From contig AP024596.1 in the NCBI GenBank assembly GCA_019704295.1, positions 480,001 to 544,000 on the forward strand: a stretch of DNA of 64,000 nucleotides, given 5' to 3'. This document shows positions 63,130 to 64,000 of the stretch, in pieces. Position 1 is the first letter of the stretch. Each line of letters begins with the position of its first letter. This DNA comes from Sulfolobales archaeon HS-7 (GTDB taxonomy: Archaea; Thermoproteota; Thermoprotei_A; Sulfolobales; Sulfolobaceae). The notes beneath the pieces are model-generated. The model saw nothing but the letters and a program-made list of their open reading frames with translations. It had not been told where the DNA came from and did not search any database. The position numbers and the translations under genes were made by a program.

Positions 63130-64000
63130 TCACTTTCCTTTCGATCTCATTAAGGTATATGTCCTTATTAATTCAGCATGACTCCACACAAGAGGACATA
63201 CTGATGGATACTCCCCAGAAGGGGTCACCTGCTCCGGTAAAACTCCTGTAGGAAGGGCCTTATTCAAAACCCAATTCACTAAGTCTTGAGCACTATTCAG
63301 ATCGTCCTCTAAGATGTATTGCTGAGCTAACCATAAGGTAGTTATTATCCAGGGATTCGGTTTATCCTCCTTTCTGAGATACATGTCGTTCTCGTATCTT
63401 ACAATGCCCCCATTAACCTTAAGGGCTTCCTCAATCCTCTTCCTATTAGATATTACCCTTTCGTCTTTTGGTTCATATAACCCCAAAATTGAGGCTAGAA
63501 GAGTGCTCGCGTCAACGGTTTTATCTATGCTACCGTCTTCATTAATTGTTCTGGCAAAATGATCACCTACGTAAAATTTTGACGAGGCCTTCCTGATTCC
63601 CTCAGCTGCCTGCCTATATCTTTCAGCTACAGCGTCTTCTCCAAAAAACTGTGCAAAGTTTGCTGCAGCGCTTAGACCTGCATAAACCGCGGCTGTTGTA
63701 TAAAGGTGAGTTCCTTTTCTTTCCTCCCATAGGTCATATGAGGGAAGGGGTAATAAAGAGTCCTCATCAATAAATGATGTCATAAAGTTCGCAGCAGACT
63801 TTATTAGACCGCTATATAGAGGCTTAATAAAGTATATATCCCAGAAGGTTTTGAAGTGTTCCCAGGCTAAATAAACGATCATCGCAGTTTCGTCCTCCTG
63901 AATTGGAATATGTTTAGTTGTCCACGGATGCCAAGTACTCCCCCAATTTCCATCAGCTGTGTACTTCTGGAAGAGAAAACCGTTGTAAAGGAGTTGCTTA
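63130..64000 (-). CDS. Glycoside hydrolase family 15 (glucoamylase-like); 5' part lies outside the window
   Basis: Frame stays open past 63882 to the window edge: FQKYTADGNWGSTWHPW…IQEDETA; also YDLWEER, RYEND, LPEQ, PLVWSHA. Confidence 0.92.
   Translation of the reverse strand, partial: KQLLYNGFLFQKYTADGNWGSTWHPWTTKHIPIQEDETAMIVYLAWEHFKTFWDIYFIKPLYSGLIKSAANFMTSFIDEDSLLPLPSYDLWEERKGTHLYTTAAVYAGLSAAANFAQFFGEDAVAERYRQAAEGIRKASSKFYVGDHFARTINEDGSIDKTVDASTLLASILGLYEPKDERVISNRKRIEEALKVNGGIVRYENDMYLRKEDKPNPWIITTLWLAQQYILEDDLNSAQDLVNWVLNKALPTGVLPEQVTPSGEYPSVCPLVWSHAELIRTYTLMRSKGK

Overview
AT-rich, gene-dense chromosomal segment of a thermoacidophilic crenarchaeon, very probably Sulfolobales. This is inferred from a Sulfolobus-type KD(P)G aldolase, GAPN, a type-E succinate dehydrogenase, UDP-sulfoquinovose synthase, DGGGP synthase, a SelD-like protein and leaderless TATA promoters. 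It holds about 50 CDS, mostly central carbon metabolism, transport, proteases, glycosidases and surface proteins; two large genes (S53 peptidase, GH15) run off the window ends. No tRNA, rRNA or CRISPR array was seen. Main points of interest: (1) an MFS / SelD-like / TusA cluster next to a double-HTH regulator, a candidate sulfur-activation (thiophosphate) system; (2) a family of ~300-bp transposase-less IS200/IS605-type elements that appear to keep TnpB omega-RNA-like ends; (3) an OLD-like ABC ATPase whose TOPRIM-like domain has lost its acidic motifs; (4) an sdhABC operon with no fourth subunit; (5) nucleotide-identical blocks in non-adjacent domains of a surface protein; (6) a 44-aa membrane protein missed by the ORF track; (7) several operator-like palindromes and a promoter-proximal motif shared by two nutrient-scavenging genes. 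All family assignments come from motif recognition and recall, not database searches.
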